Below are positions 10,283 to 19,737 of a stretch of 64,000 bases of DNA, one piece after another (the stretch's first letter is position 1; each line of letters begins with the position of its first letter). The stretch spans positions 599,095 through 663,094 of the forward strand of contig JAYPPQ010000004.1 in NCBI GenBank assembly GCA_038131545.1. The letters are read 5' to 3'. The notes beneath the pieces were generated by a model, which saw only the letters and a list, made by a program, of their open reading frames with translations, did not search any database and was not told where the DNA came from. This DNA comes from Alphaproteobacteria bacterium. GTDB lineage: Bacteria; Pseudomonadota; Alphaproteobacteria; Puniceispirillales; Marisalimonadaceae. The position numbers and the translations under genes are program-made.

Positions 10283-11264
10283 AAGTATCAAAAAAATAAA
10301 AGATATTGTCAAAAATATTTTCGAAATTACTTATGAGCTTTTTCGTATAATGATACCCACTTTAATTGTGGTTAAAATTTTACAAGAGTTTGGTTTTGTC
10401 GATATCTTAAATAATTTCTTATCGCCCTTAATGTTCTTAGTAGGGTTGCCTGATGAAATTGGTATAGTTGTTACAACAACAATTCTTACAAGCCCTTATA
10501 CAGGGCTAGCAGTTTTAGCAGGTTTGCCACTAGAAAATGGTTTAACTAGTGCTCAGGCAAGCGTGTTAGGATTGTTAATATTATTTGCTCATTCATTACC
10601 TATAGAAGCATTAATATGTAGAAGAGCAGGCGTTAGAATTAGAGCAACTATATTTGTACGGTTAATTTTAGGATTTCTTTTTTGTGTCATGTTACATCAA
10701 TTTTTAAATGCAACAAATTTATTAAGCTCTCAAGCAACTATAATTATTCCATTTTCTGAGCCTTCACCAATTTTGTTAGATTGGGTAATTAATCAAATCA
10801 AAACTCTTTTCATTATATTTATAATAATAGTGTTGATTGTCATCTTAATAGAAATTTTTAAATATATCGGTATCCAAAGGCTTATAGAATTATCACTTAA
10901 ACCATTCCTTAATTTAATTGGAGTAGGAGAAAGAGCATCCACAATCGCTGTAGTTGGAGTAACTCTTGGAATTGGTTTTGGGGGAGGTCTTTTAATTCAA
11001 GAAGTTAAATCTGGTAAAATAAAATATAAAGACGTTTTCGGTGTGATTACGCTAATTGGAATGTTGCACAGTGTAATAGAAGATACTGGCTTAGTAAGTT
11101 TGATGGGTGCAAACATATTTATTACATTATTATTAAGATGTATTTTGACTCTTTTATGTGTTTATTTGATTTTAAAAATATTTTCTAATTATTCTGAAGA
11201 ATTTTGGAAGAAATATTTAGTAAATGATAATATTCCAAAACAAAGTTATGGTAATATTTCTTGA
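10275..11264 (+). CDS. integral membrane protein, nucleoside-recognition (Gate) type domains
   Basis: TTG start overlapping the previous stop; multi-TM; weak resemblance to Gate-domain membrane proteins. The start is uncertain. Confidence 0.4.
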   Translation: MDKSIKKIKDIVKNIFEITYELFRIMIPTLIVVKILQEFGFVDILNNFLSPLMFLVGLPDEIGIVVTTTILTSPYTGLAVLAGLPLENGLTSAQASVLGLLILFAHSLPIEALICRRAGVRIRATIFVRLILGFLFCVMLHQFLNATNLLSSQATIIIPFSEPSPILLDWVINQIKTLFIIFIIIVLIVILIEIFKYIGIQRLIELSLKPFLNLIGVGERASTIAVVGVTLGIGFGGGLLIQEVKSGKIKYKDVFGVITLIGMLHSVIEDTGLVSLMGANIFITLLLRCILTLLCVYLILKIFSNYSEEFWKKYLVNDNIPKQSYGNIS

Positions 11265-11944
11265 TTATTCCAATCAAAAATTTTCCCGTTATCATTCTTA
11301 GTTTTTGTATCAATAACATTGTAAAGATAATCAGCTGAGGTTTCGGGGCTGAAATAATTTTTATTTTTATTTTTAAAAGGATCTGAAAGTTTTGAGGTCA
11401 CTGTTCCAGGATGTAGACCAAAAATTATACTATTTTTATTGGTTCTATTTATCTCAATTGAAAAATTCTTAATGATCATATTTAAAGCTGATTTAGATGC
11501 TCTGTATGAATACCAGCCACCTAGAAAATTATCGCTTATGCTTCCAACTCTTGCTGAAAGAGATGCGAATTTAGAGATTCTATTTTTATTCAATTTTGGA
11601 AGAAAATATTTTCCAATTAACAAAGTTGGCAAAGTATTAGCAGAAATCATGTCATTAAATTTTTCTATGTTTAGGTCTTTTATTGATTTCTCCGGATTTA
11701 AAAGTGCTCCAATTGAAATTAAAATAATATCAAACGAAAAATTTATTTCGCTTGATAGAGCAGATAGATTTTTTTCATCTAGATAATCTAAAATAAAGCA
11801 TTGAGCTTTTTCGTGGTTAATATCTGTTTTTTTTCTTGAAAAACAATATACTTTTTCGACATTCTCTTGCTGTATATATTTTTTACAAAGTGCAGATCCA
11901 ATGGCACCAGAGCTTCCAAAGATTGCTATTTTTAATTGATCCAT
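11246..11944 (-). CDS. SDR family oxidoreductase
   Basis: GSSGAIGSAL dinucleotide motif; YSYRASKSALN (YxxxK). Confidence 0.8.
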   Translation of the reverse strand: MDQLKIAIFGSSGAIGSALCKKYIQQENVEKVYCFSRKKTDINHEKAQCFILDYLDEKNLSALSSEINFSFDIILISIGALLNPEKSIKDLNIEKFNDMISANTLPTLLIGKYFLPKLNKNRISKFASLSARVGSISDNFLGGWYSYRASKSALNMIIKNFSIEINRTNKNSIIFGLHPGTVTSKLSDPFKNKNKNYFSPETSADYLYNVIDTKTKNDNGKIFDWNNQEILP

Positions 11945-12009
11945 CTTTAAATGATATAGTTAATTTACTAAATTATATAATTTTTTTTTAAACACCGTAT
12001 AATAAATTC

Positions 12010-12741
12010 ATGGAAAATAAATTACATTTTTTATTAATTCATGGATCATGGCATGGAAGTTGGGCTTGGGAGAATGTTAGATCAAAGCTATCTGAAAAAA
12101 ATTTTGAAGTTTCATGTCCTAATTTGACTGGTTTAGGCGAAAGAAAGCATTTGATTTCTAATCAAATTACTATTGATACATTTATTAAAGATGTTGAAAA
12201 CCATATTATTTATCAAAATTTAGAAAATTTGGTTTTAGTTGGTCATAGTTTCGCAGGAAGTATCCTTTCTGGTTTAGCTGATAGATTTAAAAATAAGATC
12301 AAACTTTTAATTTATTTTGATAGTATTATTTTATTAAATGGAGAAACACCTTTTGATACATTGTCAAAAGAAATAGTTAAAGAAAGAATTCAACTTTCAG
12401 AAAAATTTGATAATGGAATTTCCATACCAGAGCCTAGTGCTGAAAGTTTTGGGATTTTTGATATTAAGCAATCTTTACTTCTCAAAGATAAATTAACACC
12501 AATGCCATTAAGTTCTTTTCAATCAAAATTAAGTTTAAAAAATAAAATTGGAAATGGTTTACCACTTTGTTATATAAGATGCAAAAATCCAATATATAAG
12601 CCATTAGAATTATCTAGAAAAAGGGTGGAAGATTTTGGATGGCCAATTTATGATTTAAATGCAGGACATGATGGTATGATAAGTCATCCGCACGATACTA
12701 TTAATTTATTTTATAAGATTTTAGCAGAACAATTAAAATAG
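12010..12741 (+). CDS. alpha/beta hydrolase (methylesterase-like)
   Basis: LIHGSWHGSWAW and GHSFAG nucleophile elbow. Confidence 0.7.
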   Translation: MENKLHFLLIHGSWHGSWAWENVRSKLSEKNFEVSCPNLTGLGERKHLISNQITIDTFIKDVENHIIYQNLENLVLVGHSFAGSILSGLADRFKNKIKLLIYFDSIILLNGETPFDTLSKEIVKERIQLSEKFDNGISIPEPSAESFGIFDIKQSLLLKDKLTPMPLSSFQSKLSLKNKIGNGLPLCYIRCKNPIYKPLELSRKRVEDFGWPIYDLNAGHDGMISHPHDTINLFYKILAEQLK

Positions 12742-12750
12742 GGGTTTTAA

Positions 12751-13914
12751 ATGGGAAATATAATTGGATGGGGACATAATAAATTTGGAAGAAATGACAC
12801 GCAAACTACCGAAGATATGATTTCAGAAGTGGTTTCAGAAGCTATATCTCATGCACAAGTAGATCCAAAAGAAATTGATAATATTGTTGTGGGTACTTTT
12901 AACAATGGTTTCCAAAAACAAGATTTTCATGGTGCTCTACCTGCAATAAATTGCGAAGTTTTAAAGCATGTACCATCACTTAGAGTTGAAAATGCATGTG
13001 CAACAGGTTCAGCTGCAATTCATACTGCGTTAAATAGTATCGAAGCCAAAAGATCAAAGTTAAATTTAGTTGTTGGTGTAGAGAAAATGACTGACAGATC
13101 TACAAAAGAAGCAGGTGATATATTACTTGGAGCTAGTTACAGAAAAGAAGAAGATAAAATAGATGGTGGTTTTGCAGGTGTTTTTGCGCAAATAACAGAC
13201 ACTTATTTTCAAAGATATGGAGATCAAACTAAATATCTGTCAAAGATTGCAGCAAAAAATCATAAAAATGGTGCTTTAAATCCATACGCACATATGCAAG
13301 TAGATTTAGGTTTTGATTTTTGTAATAAAGTGTCGGAAAAAAATCCTCTAGTTGCACCTCCTTTAAAGAGAAGTGATTGTTCAATGATTTCAGATGGAGC
13401 AGCAGCGCTTATAATAGCAGATGACGAGTTAGCTTTAGAAGCTGAAAGATCAATTAGTTTTAAGGCCCGAGTTCAAATGAATGATTTAATGCCAATGAGT
13501 AAAAGAGATAAAACTGAATTTCGTGGAGCTGCACTTTCTTGGAAGAAAGCTTTGTCGGATGCTCAAATAAATTTAATGGACCTTTCTTTTGTTGAGACAC
13601 ACGATTGTTTTACAATTGCAGAATTAATTGAATACGAAGCAATGGGATTAACTCAAAGGGGAGAAGGTTATAAAGTTTTAGAAGAAGGTACTGTCTATAA
13701 AGATGGAAAATTGCCAATCAATCCATCTGGTGGGTTAAAAGCAAAAGGGCATCCTGTAGGTGCAACTGGTGTTTCACAACATGTCATGGCTTGTATGCAA
13801 CTAGTAGGTGAAGCAAAAGACATGCAAATAAAAGACGCATCATTAGGTGGTATTTTTAATATGGGTGGTTCTGCTGTTGCTAATTATGTTTCAATCTTAG
13901 AAAGAAAAAGCTAA
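12751..13914 (+). CDS. thiolase-like protein (SCP-x / lipid-transfer type)
   Basis: NACATGSAA active-site Cys region; C-terminal GHPVGATG; 387 aa. Confidence 0.75.
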   Translation: MGNIIGWGHNKFGRNDTQTTEDMISEVVSEAISHAQVDPKEIDNIVVGTFNNGFQKQDFHGALPAINCEVLKHVPSLRVENACATGSAAIHTALNSIEAKRSKLNLVVGVEKMTDRSTKEAGDILLGASYRKEEDKIDGGFAGVFAQITDTYFQRYGDQTKYLSKIAAKNHKNGALNPYAHMQVDLGFDFCNKVSEKNPLVAPPLKRSDCSMISDGAAALIIADDELALEAERSISFKARVQMNDLMPMSKRDKTEFRGAALSWKKALSDAQINLMDLSFVETHDCFTIAELIEYEAMGLTQRGEGYKVLEEGTVYKDGKLPINPSGGLKAKGHPVGATGVSQHVMACMQLVGEAKDMQIKDASLGGIFNMGGSAVANYVSILERKS

Positions 13915-13918
13915 AGAT

Positions 13919-14431
13919 TTGCCTCAAATCATTATTATAAGACATGCTAAGTCTGATTGGAGTTCTTTTAACTCTGATTTTGAAAGAGGACTTAATGAAA
14001 GAGGTTATAGGTCTTGTGAAATAATTTCGCGAGAATTGAAAAGAAGAATAAATCTTCCTGATAAATTTCTTGTTTCTCCAGCTAAAAGAGCTCAACTCAC
14101 TTTCGAAGAAATATTTTTTTCATGGATTCAAAATAAAAGTAATTTTCAATCAACTTATAATGAAGATATTCTCTATGGAGGTTCTAAATTTGACATTTTA
14201 AATTTAATAAAACAAAATTTTTCAGGCATTCAAACTGGTGTTGTAATTGGACATAATCCTGTTCTCAGTGAATTAATTAATGATATGGCTTTCAAAAATA
14301 AAAAAATATTACCATCTAATTTAGTAACGGCAGGTTGTATAATTTTTGATTACGAAAGCTCCGATTATGTTAATTCAAACTTTAAAGATGGTGTAGTAAA
14401 AGAATATATCTTTCCAAGACAATTCATGTGA
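13919..14431 (+). CDS. histidine phosphatase family protein (SixA-like)
   Basis: TTG start; IIIRHAKS N-terminal motif; GHNP; 170 aa. Confidence 0.6.
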   Translation: MPQIIIIRHAKSDWSSFNSDFERGLNERGYRSCEIISRELKRRINLPDKFLVSPAKRAQLTFEEIFFSWIQNKSNFQSTYNEDILYGGSKFDILNLIKQNFSGIQTGVVIGHNPVLSELINDMAFKNKKILPSNLVTAGCIIFDYESSDYVNSNFKDGVVKEYIFPRQFM

Positions 14432-14436
14432 ATTGA

Positions 14437-15234
14437 CTATGAGTTTTTATAATTTGGGTCCCTTTTTTCAATTAATGCTTGAATGGCTTCTTTATGATCA
14501 TTTGTCATTTGAAGAAGGGTTTGTTGACTTGCAGCCATTTCAAGAGCGGTACTTAAATTAATGTTTTGAGATAATCTTAATAGTCTTTTAGCTCTTCTAA
14601 TTGATTGAGGCGGGTTTTTAATAATTTTATTTGCTATTTCATATGCTTTGTTTAGTAATTCTTCTTGAGGGACAACATGTGAAACTAGTCCCCAATCTAA
14701 AGCTTTTTGTGCATCAAGCACTTCACAAGTTAATATCATTTCTGTAGCTCTAGAAAGGCCAATTATTTTTGGTAAAAACCATGAGCCTCCATCACCAGGT
14801 ATAATTCCAATTCTTAAAAAACTTTCAGAAAATTTGGCATTTTCTGATGCTATTCTGATGTCACACATTGTACAGAGATCATTACCTGCACCTATTGCAT
14901 GCCCATTAACAGCTGCTATTACTGGTACATCTATTTTATTGAATGTCATAGGAATTCTTTGAATTCCATTTCTATACCAATTTTCAATATCTCTTAATGA
15001 CATGTTGTTATTTTCTGTCATTTCATTGATTTCGTGTAAATTTCCACCAGAGGAAAAACTTTTTCCAGCCCCTGTCAATATTGCGCATGATATATTTTTG
15101 TTATTATCAATTTCTTCTAAAATACTTACTAATTCTTTTATTATTTCTGGAGAAATGGCATTTCTAGTATCTTCTTCATTAAGAGTTATTAAACAAATAT
15201 TATCTTTTTCTTCACATAAAACTGATTTGCTCAT
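14437..15234 (-). CDS. enoyl-CoA hydratase/isomerase family
   Basis: FSSGGNL and AAVNGHAIGAG motifs. Confidence 0.85.
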   Translation of the reverse strand: MSKSVLCEEKDNICLITLNEEDTRNAISPEIIKELVSILEEIDNNKNISCAILTGAGKSFSSGGNLHEINEMTENNNMSLRDIENWYRNGIQRIPMTFNKIDVPVIAAVNGHAIGAGNDLCTMCDIRIASENAKFSESFLRIGIIPGDGGSWFLPKIIGLSRATEMILTCEVLDAQKALDWGLVSHVVPQEELLNKAYEIANKIIKNPPQSIRRAKRLLRLSQNINLSTALEMAASQQTLLQMTNDHKEAIQALIEKRDPNYKNS

Positions 15235-15256
15235 TTATTTTCTCCAATACTTAATT

Positions 15257-16282
15257 TTAATTATTTAAAAATTCCCAAAAGTTTTTATTTTGATTTAGAA
15301 ATAGTTTGCCAAGAATATTTTGCCAATATATTTCGTTCCCAAACTCATTTCGCCAACTATTTAAAGCCTTGGTGAAATAGCTAAGTTCATATTCTTTTGT
15401 AAATCCCATTGCTCCATGAACTTGATGAGACAAGGCTATAACTTTTCCTGATGCTATGCCAGTTCTTATTTTAGGGATAGCAGTGCTTTTGAGATTATAA
15501 AAATTTTTATTATTATTTTTTAATGTAGATAGAGACGCACCACTTGCTGCCACCTCTAAAGCAATTTCGCTAATGTGATTTTGTATCATTTGAAATTTAG
15601 ATAATGTACGTCCAAATTGTTTTCTTTGAGAGCAATATTCAATACAAAGTTTTAAAATTTTTTCCATAGCACCAAATGATTGAATTGACCTTACATTTAT
15701 TAAAAGATTTTGTACGTCTATTGGTTCAGGTTTTTCCATCATAGAAATGATTTCTAACTCTGAAGCATCAAGATCAAACTTTGGCTCTGATAAAAAGTTT
15801 TTTTGCAGTGTTAATTTTCCACCTTTTTTAAACAAAATGATATATTTTTGATTTTTAATTTCAGTTTCTACTAAAATTTTCTCAGCTAGATGCAAATAAG
15901 GTATTGATTTAAAATTTCCAGATATTTTATCTTTCTTTATTAGAATATTTTCAGTTTTGTTAGTCAGCGTTATAAAATCGTTTTCAGCTTTTATATTTAA
16001 TTCTGATAATAAAAAATTACTAATTATTGTTTCAATGAAAGGTATAGGTGTTCCATATTGAGCGGACAACTGTATTATGGGAATAATATCAGTCAGAGTC
16101 ATGCCTGCACCGCCTAAGTCTTCTTTTACAAGTAACTTTGTTAACTCACTCGATATTATTTCATTTTTTAAAGTTTTAAATTGAGTTGAATTTGGTTCTA
16201 GATTTAATCTTAGATGGTGATCTACATTTTTAAGTAATATTTTATCACAAATATCTAAGATTATTTTAACTTCGTCTTTCAT
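15257..16282 (-). CDS. acyl-CoA dehydrogenase-like protein, probable partner (non-catalytic) subunit
   Basis: ACAD C-terminal helical domain similarity (QRKQFGRTLSKFQMIQ). Short at 341 aa, with no GxSEPxxGSD loop. Its start overlaps the stop of the upstream ACAD by 4 nt. Confidence 0.55.
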   Translation of the reverse strand: MKDEVKIILDICDKILLKNVDHHLRLNLEPNSTQFKTLKNEIISSELTKLLVKEDLGGAGMTLTDIIPIIQLSAQYGTPIPFIETIISNFLLSELNIKAENDFITLTNKTENILIKKDKISGNFKSIPYLHLAEKILVETEIKNQKYIILFKKGGKLTLQKNFLSEPKFDLDASELEIISMMEKPEPIDVQNLLINVRSIQSFGAMEKILKLCIEYCSQRKQFGRTLSKFQMIQNHISEIALEVAASGASLSTLKNNNKNFYNLKSTAIPKIRTGIASGKVIALSHQVHGAMGFTKEYELSYFTKALNSWRNEFGNEIYWQNILGKLFLNQNKNFWEFLNN

Positions 16283-17433
16283 CTTAAACCAAGTTGTTTT
16301 GAGATTATACCTCGCATGATCTCAGATGTGCCCCCCCTTAATGAATTCGCTGGTATTCTAAGAGTAGCATCTTGAAATAAACTTTTTAGACTAGATGACC
16401 ATTCTTCAAAAGGAATCAAGTTTGACATTTCTCTAATCGTTTCAATTAATTTTTTTTCAAAAACGTTACCCGCTTCTTTAACAAAAGCTGCTTGAACATC
16501 TGGTGATTTTTTTTCTTGTATCATCCAAGCAATTGAAAAACTCATCATTCTTAATGTTTGTAATTCTGATATGATTTTACCTAATGATGTAATACCCATT
16601 TCAGACATTTTATATCTGAATTCACTAATAAAGTTATCTAATAAAATATAATGAGATAAAAATCTCTCTGGCCCAGATCTTTCAAGAGCAAGTTCTCCAA
16701 CAACTTGTTGCCAACCCATACCTTCTTCACCTAAAAGGGCATCTTTATTTAATTTAACATTATTAAAAACTGTTTCATTAAAGTGCTTTTGGTGTGTCAT
16801 ATCTTCAATTGGATTAATTTCTACACCTGGTAACTTTAAATTTACTAAGAATTGAGATAGACCAGAATGTCTGTTTTTCTCATCAAGTTTTTCTGTTCGA
16901 GCTAAAACAATCATGTAATGTGACAAATGGGCTCCTGTTGACCATATTTTTCTGCCTGTTAACTCCCAACCATCGGCAGTTTTTTTTGCAAAAGTTTTTA
17001 CTGAAGCAAGGTCAGAACCTGAATCAGGTTCACTCATCCCAATGGCAAAAAAACATTCACCAGATGAAATTTTAGGAATGATTTCTTTCTTTTGTTCTTC
17101 TGTTCCGTATCTAATAATTTGTGACCCACTTTGTCTATCTGCAATCCAATGAGCAGCAACAGGCGCTCCAGCAACTAAAAGTTCTTCAGTAATAACGTAT
17201 CTTTCCAACATTGTTTTTTCACGACCGCCATATTTTTTAGGGAATGACATTCCAAGCCATCCTTTTTCACCAAGTTTTTTACTAAACTCTGGGTTTGCAG
17301 AATACATCCAGGCATCAGCTTGAGGTTTAATATTATTAGAATTAAATGTTGTTTTTAAAAAACTTTTTACATCATTTCTTAGGTTTTTAAGATTATCATC
17401 TTCTTCAATATGTGGAAAATTAAAATAAGTCAT
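16279..17433 (-). CDS. acyl-CoA dehydrogenase
   Basis: GMSEPDSGSDLAS motif; full three-domain length of 384 aa. Confidence 0.85.
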   Translation of the reverse strand: MTYFNFPHIEEDDNLKNLRNDVKSFLKTTFNSNNIKPQADAWMYSANPEFSKKLGEKGWLGMSFPKKYGGREKTMLERYVITEELLVAGAPVAAHWIADRQSGSQIIRYGTEEQKKEIIPKISSGECFFAIGMSEPDSGSDLASVKTFAKKTADGWELTGRKIWSTGAHLSHYMIVLARTEKLDEKNRHSGLSQFLVNLKLPGVEINPIEDMTHQKHFNETVFNNVKLNKDALLGEEGMGWQQVVGELALERSGPERFLSHYILLDNFISEFRYKMSEMGITSLGKIISELQTLRMMSFSIAWMIQEKKSPDVQAAFVKEAGNVFEKKLIETIREMSNLIPFEEWSSSLKSLFQDATLRIPANSLRGGTSEIMRGIISKQLGLR

Positions 17434-17521
17434 AATAATAATATAAATAATTTATTGAATATGACTAGGGTAAATTTGTGGGTTAATTGATTTTAAAGTT
17501 TAAATCACATAAACTAAATCG

Positions 17522-18175
17522 ATGGTTAAATTCACAAAAGAACATAAATCAAGGTTAGAAAAATTAGCAACTCCAACATTGGCAAATGTGTTGGATGATA
17601 TTGGATTTGAAGGAATAATGTATAATTTACAACCTGCAGGTTTTGGAATGAGGGTTGTAGGTGAGGCACTCACAGTTCAAGAAACAACTGGACCTTTTGG
17701 TTCATTTAAAACTGAAGATTTTAAAGTGGGTCACATGATCGAAAAAGCAAATCCAGGAGATGTTATTGTTGTAGCAAATAATGGTGCACCAGTTTCTACT
17801 TGGGGAGGCATGGCTTCTTATTCCGCAAAATTAAAGGGTATTGGTGGATTAGTTGTTGATGGAGGGATAAGAGATAGGGAAGAAATAATTGAGTTTAACT
17901 TTCCTGCCTTTTCAAAGCATATGGTGCCAACCCCAGGAAAAACTAGGATAAAAGTTTTATCGATTGGGGAGCCAATTATTTGTTGTGGAGTGAAGGTGAG
18001 AACAGGTGATATAATTGTAGCTGATGGAACAGGTGTTCTTTGTATTCCTCTAGAAGAATTAGAAAATGTAATTTCAAATGCTGAAAAATTTAGCGCTGAT
18101 GATAATCAAGCAATGTTAGAAATGGAGAAAGGTTTAACATTTATAGAAGCGCTTTCAAAATTCAAAAAAATATAA
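17522..18175 (+). CDS. RraA family protein (HMG/CHA aldolase - oxaloacetate decarboxylase-like)
   Basis: GGMASYSAKLKGIGGLVVDGGIRD core motif; 217 aa. Confidence 0.75.
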   Translation: MVKFTKEHKSRLEKLATPTLANVLDDIGFEGIMYNLQPAGFGMRVVGEALTVQETTGPFGSFKTEDFKVGHMIEKANPGDVIVVANNGAPVSTWGGMASYSAKLKGIGGLVVDGGIRDREEIIEFNFPAFSKHMVPTPGKTRIKVLSIGEPIICCGVKVRTGDIIVADGTGVLCIPLEELENVISNAEKFSADDNQAMLEMEKGLTFIEALSKFKKI

Positions 18176-18177
18176 TT

Positions 18178-19421
18178 TTATAGTTTTTTTAAAGCTCTAG
18201 AAAAAAAATCTTTTTGCCCAAAGTTCCCTGATTTTAAAGTGATTTTAATATTCTTTTCTGGCTCCCACATAACAGGCACACCTGCTGAAATTTCTTCACC
18301 AATTTGAAGTTCTTTAATCATTAATGCTTTAACAATAGCGCCTGATGTTTCACCTCCAGCACATACAATTTTATTAAAATTATATTTATAAATATTTTTA
18401 ATAATTTTTTGAAAAAGGGTTTCTATTTTAGATGAAATCTTTGAACCAAACTTTTTCTGATAAAGAGATACTTTTTTAGGAAGAGCTGTTGAATAAATAA
18501 GTGGTCTTTTTTTCTATGTCTCAATATCCATTCAATAATCTCATTGTGATAATTTTCGTTTTTAATTAATTCCTCTGGTGAAATAAACAAAGAAGGATTA
18601 CTTTTTTTATATAATCCTACTTGTTCATTAGTTGCCAAAGAACAAGAGCCTGAAAGAATGATTGTGTTTCCTTTAACATTAGGTAACTTAGAGTTACTTT
18701 TTTTAAGCATACCTTTTTTCTTGAAAACTTTTGGAAGACCTAGTGCTATACCTGAGCCACCTGTTAGAAATTTTAAATTATCTGTGCCACTACAAATTAA
18801 ATCAAAATCTTCATTATCAAGAGTATCAGTAATTGCGTATTTCACATTACTTTTTTTTAATTCAGTTATTCTTTTTTTTATTGATTTAGCACCTTCTTTG
18901 ATTGTAACAGAATTTATTAAATCTACTTTTCCTTTTGTTTGATAGTTTAACCATCTAACAAGGTTATGATCGGTCATGGGTGTAAGTGGATGGTTTTCCA
19001 TTCCTGATTCATTGAGTGGTACACCATTAACAAACATGTGGCCTTGATATAATGTTCTTCCTGCATCTGGAAACGATGGACAAGCAATAGTAAAGTCAAC
19101 ATTTAAGTTTTTCATAATTGCATCAATGACAGGCCCTATATTACCTTTTTTTGTGGAGTCAAAAGTAGAGCAGTATTTAAAAATTATTTTTTTACACTTT
19201 TTAGATTTCAACCATTCTAAAGCTTTAATACTTTCTGAAATTGCTTTTTTTATTGGAATTGTCCTTGTCTTAAGAGCGATTACAACAGCATTATACTTAT
19301 TTAATTTCATTTTATTGTCAGGCACTCCTGAATACATGCCAACTGACATTCCCGCTTTTTTTAAATTATTTGCTATATCTGATGAGCCGGTAAAATCATC
19401 ACCTATTACCCCAAGAAGCAT
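18178..19421 (-). pseudogene. four-carbon acid-sugar kinase (DUF1537, OtnK/DtnK-like), interrupted by a 1-nt frameshift
   Basis: N-terminal 300 aa (MLLGVIGDDFTGSSD...) are in one frame. The conserved C-terminus (PLIYSTALPKK...CAGGETSGAIVKAL...LKSGNFGQKDFF) lies in the -1 frame. The frames join at the T7 run 18507-18513 (A7 on the coding strand). Confidence 0.75.
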
Positions 19422-19431
19422 CTTAACCTCA

Positions 19432-19728
19432 CTAGTTTTGTTTAATTAATTGATTAACTATTTTCTTTGTTACCCAATTTTTTACGTCTTTATCAAAGCT
19501 TAAATAGTGATCGCTTTTGAGATGATAATCAAAAGCATCTTTATCTTGATAAATTTCATAAAGAAAGACTTTGTTTATATTTTTTTCATCAAAACATACA
19601 TCGAATGTAAAGCACTTTTCTTCATTGTTTAATGAATCTTTTGCTTGTTGCAAAACTCTATTTCTGAATTCATTTACAAATTCACTTTTAATTTCAAAGT
19701 CTACAGTTATAACAAACATATTAATCAA
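19432..19728 (-). CDS. ABM (antibiotic biosynthesis monooxygenase) domain protein
   Basis: 98 aa ferredoxin-like pattern ...VFLYEIYQDKDAFDYHLKSDH... Confidence 0.6.
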   Translation of the reverse strand: MINMFVITVDFEIKSEFVNEFRNRVLQQAKDSLNNEEKCFTFDVCFDEKNINKVFLYEIYQDKDAFDYHLKSDHYLSFDKDVKNWVTKKIVNQLIKQN

Positions 19729-19737
19729 ACCTCTCTT

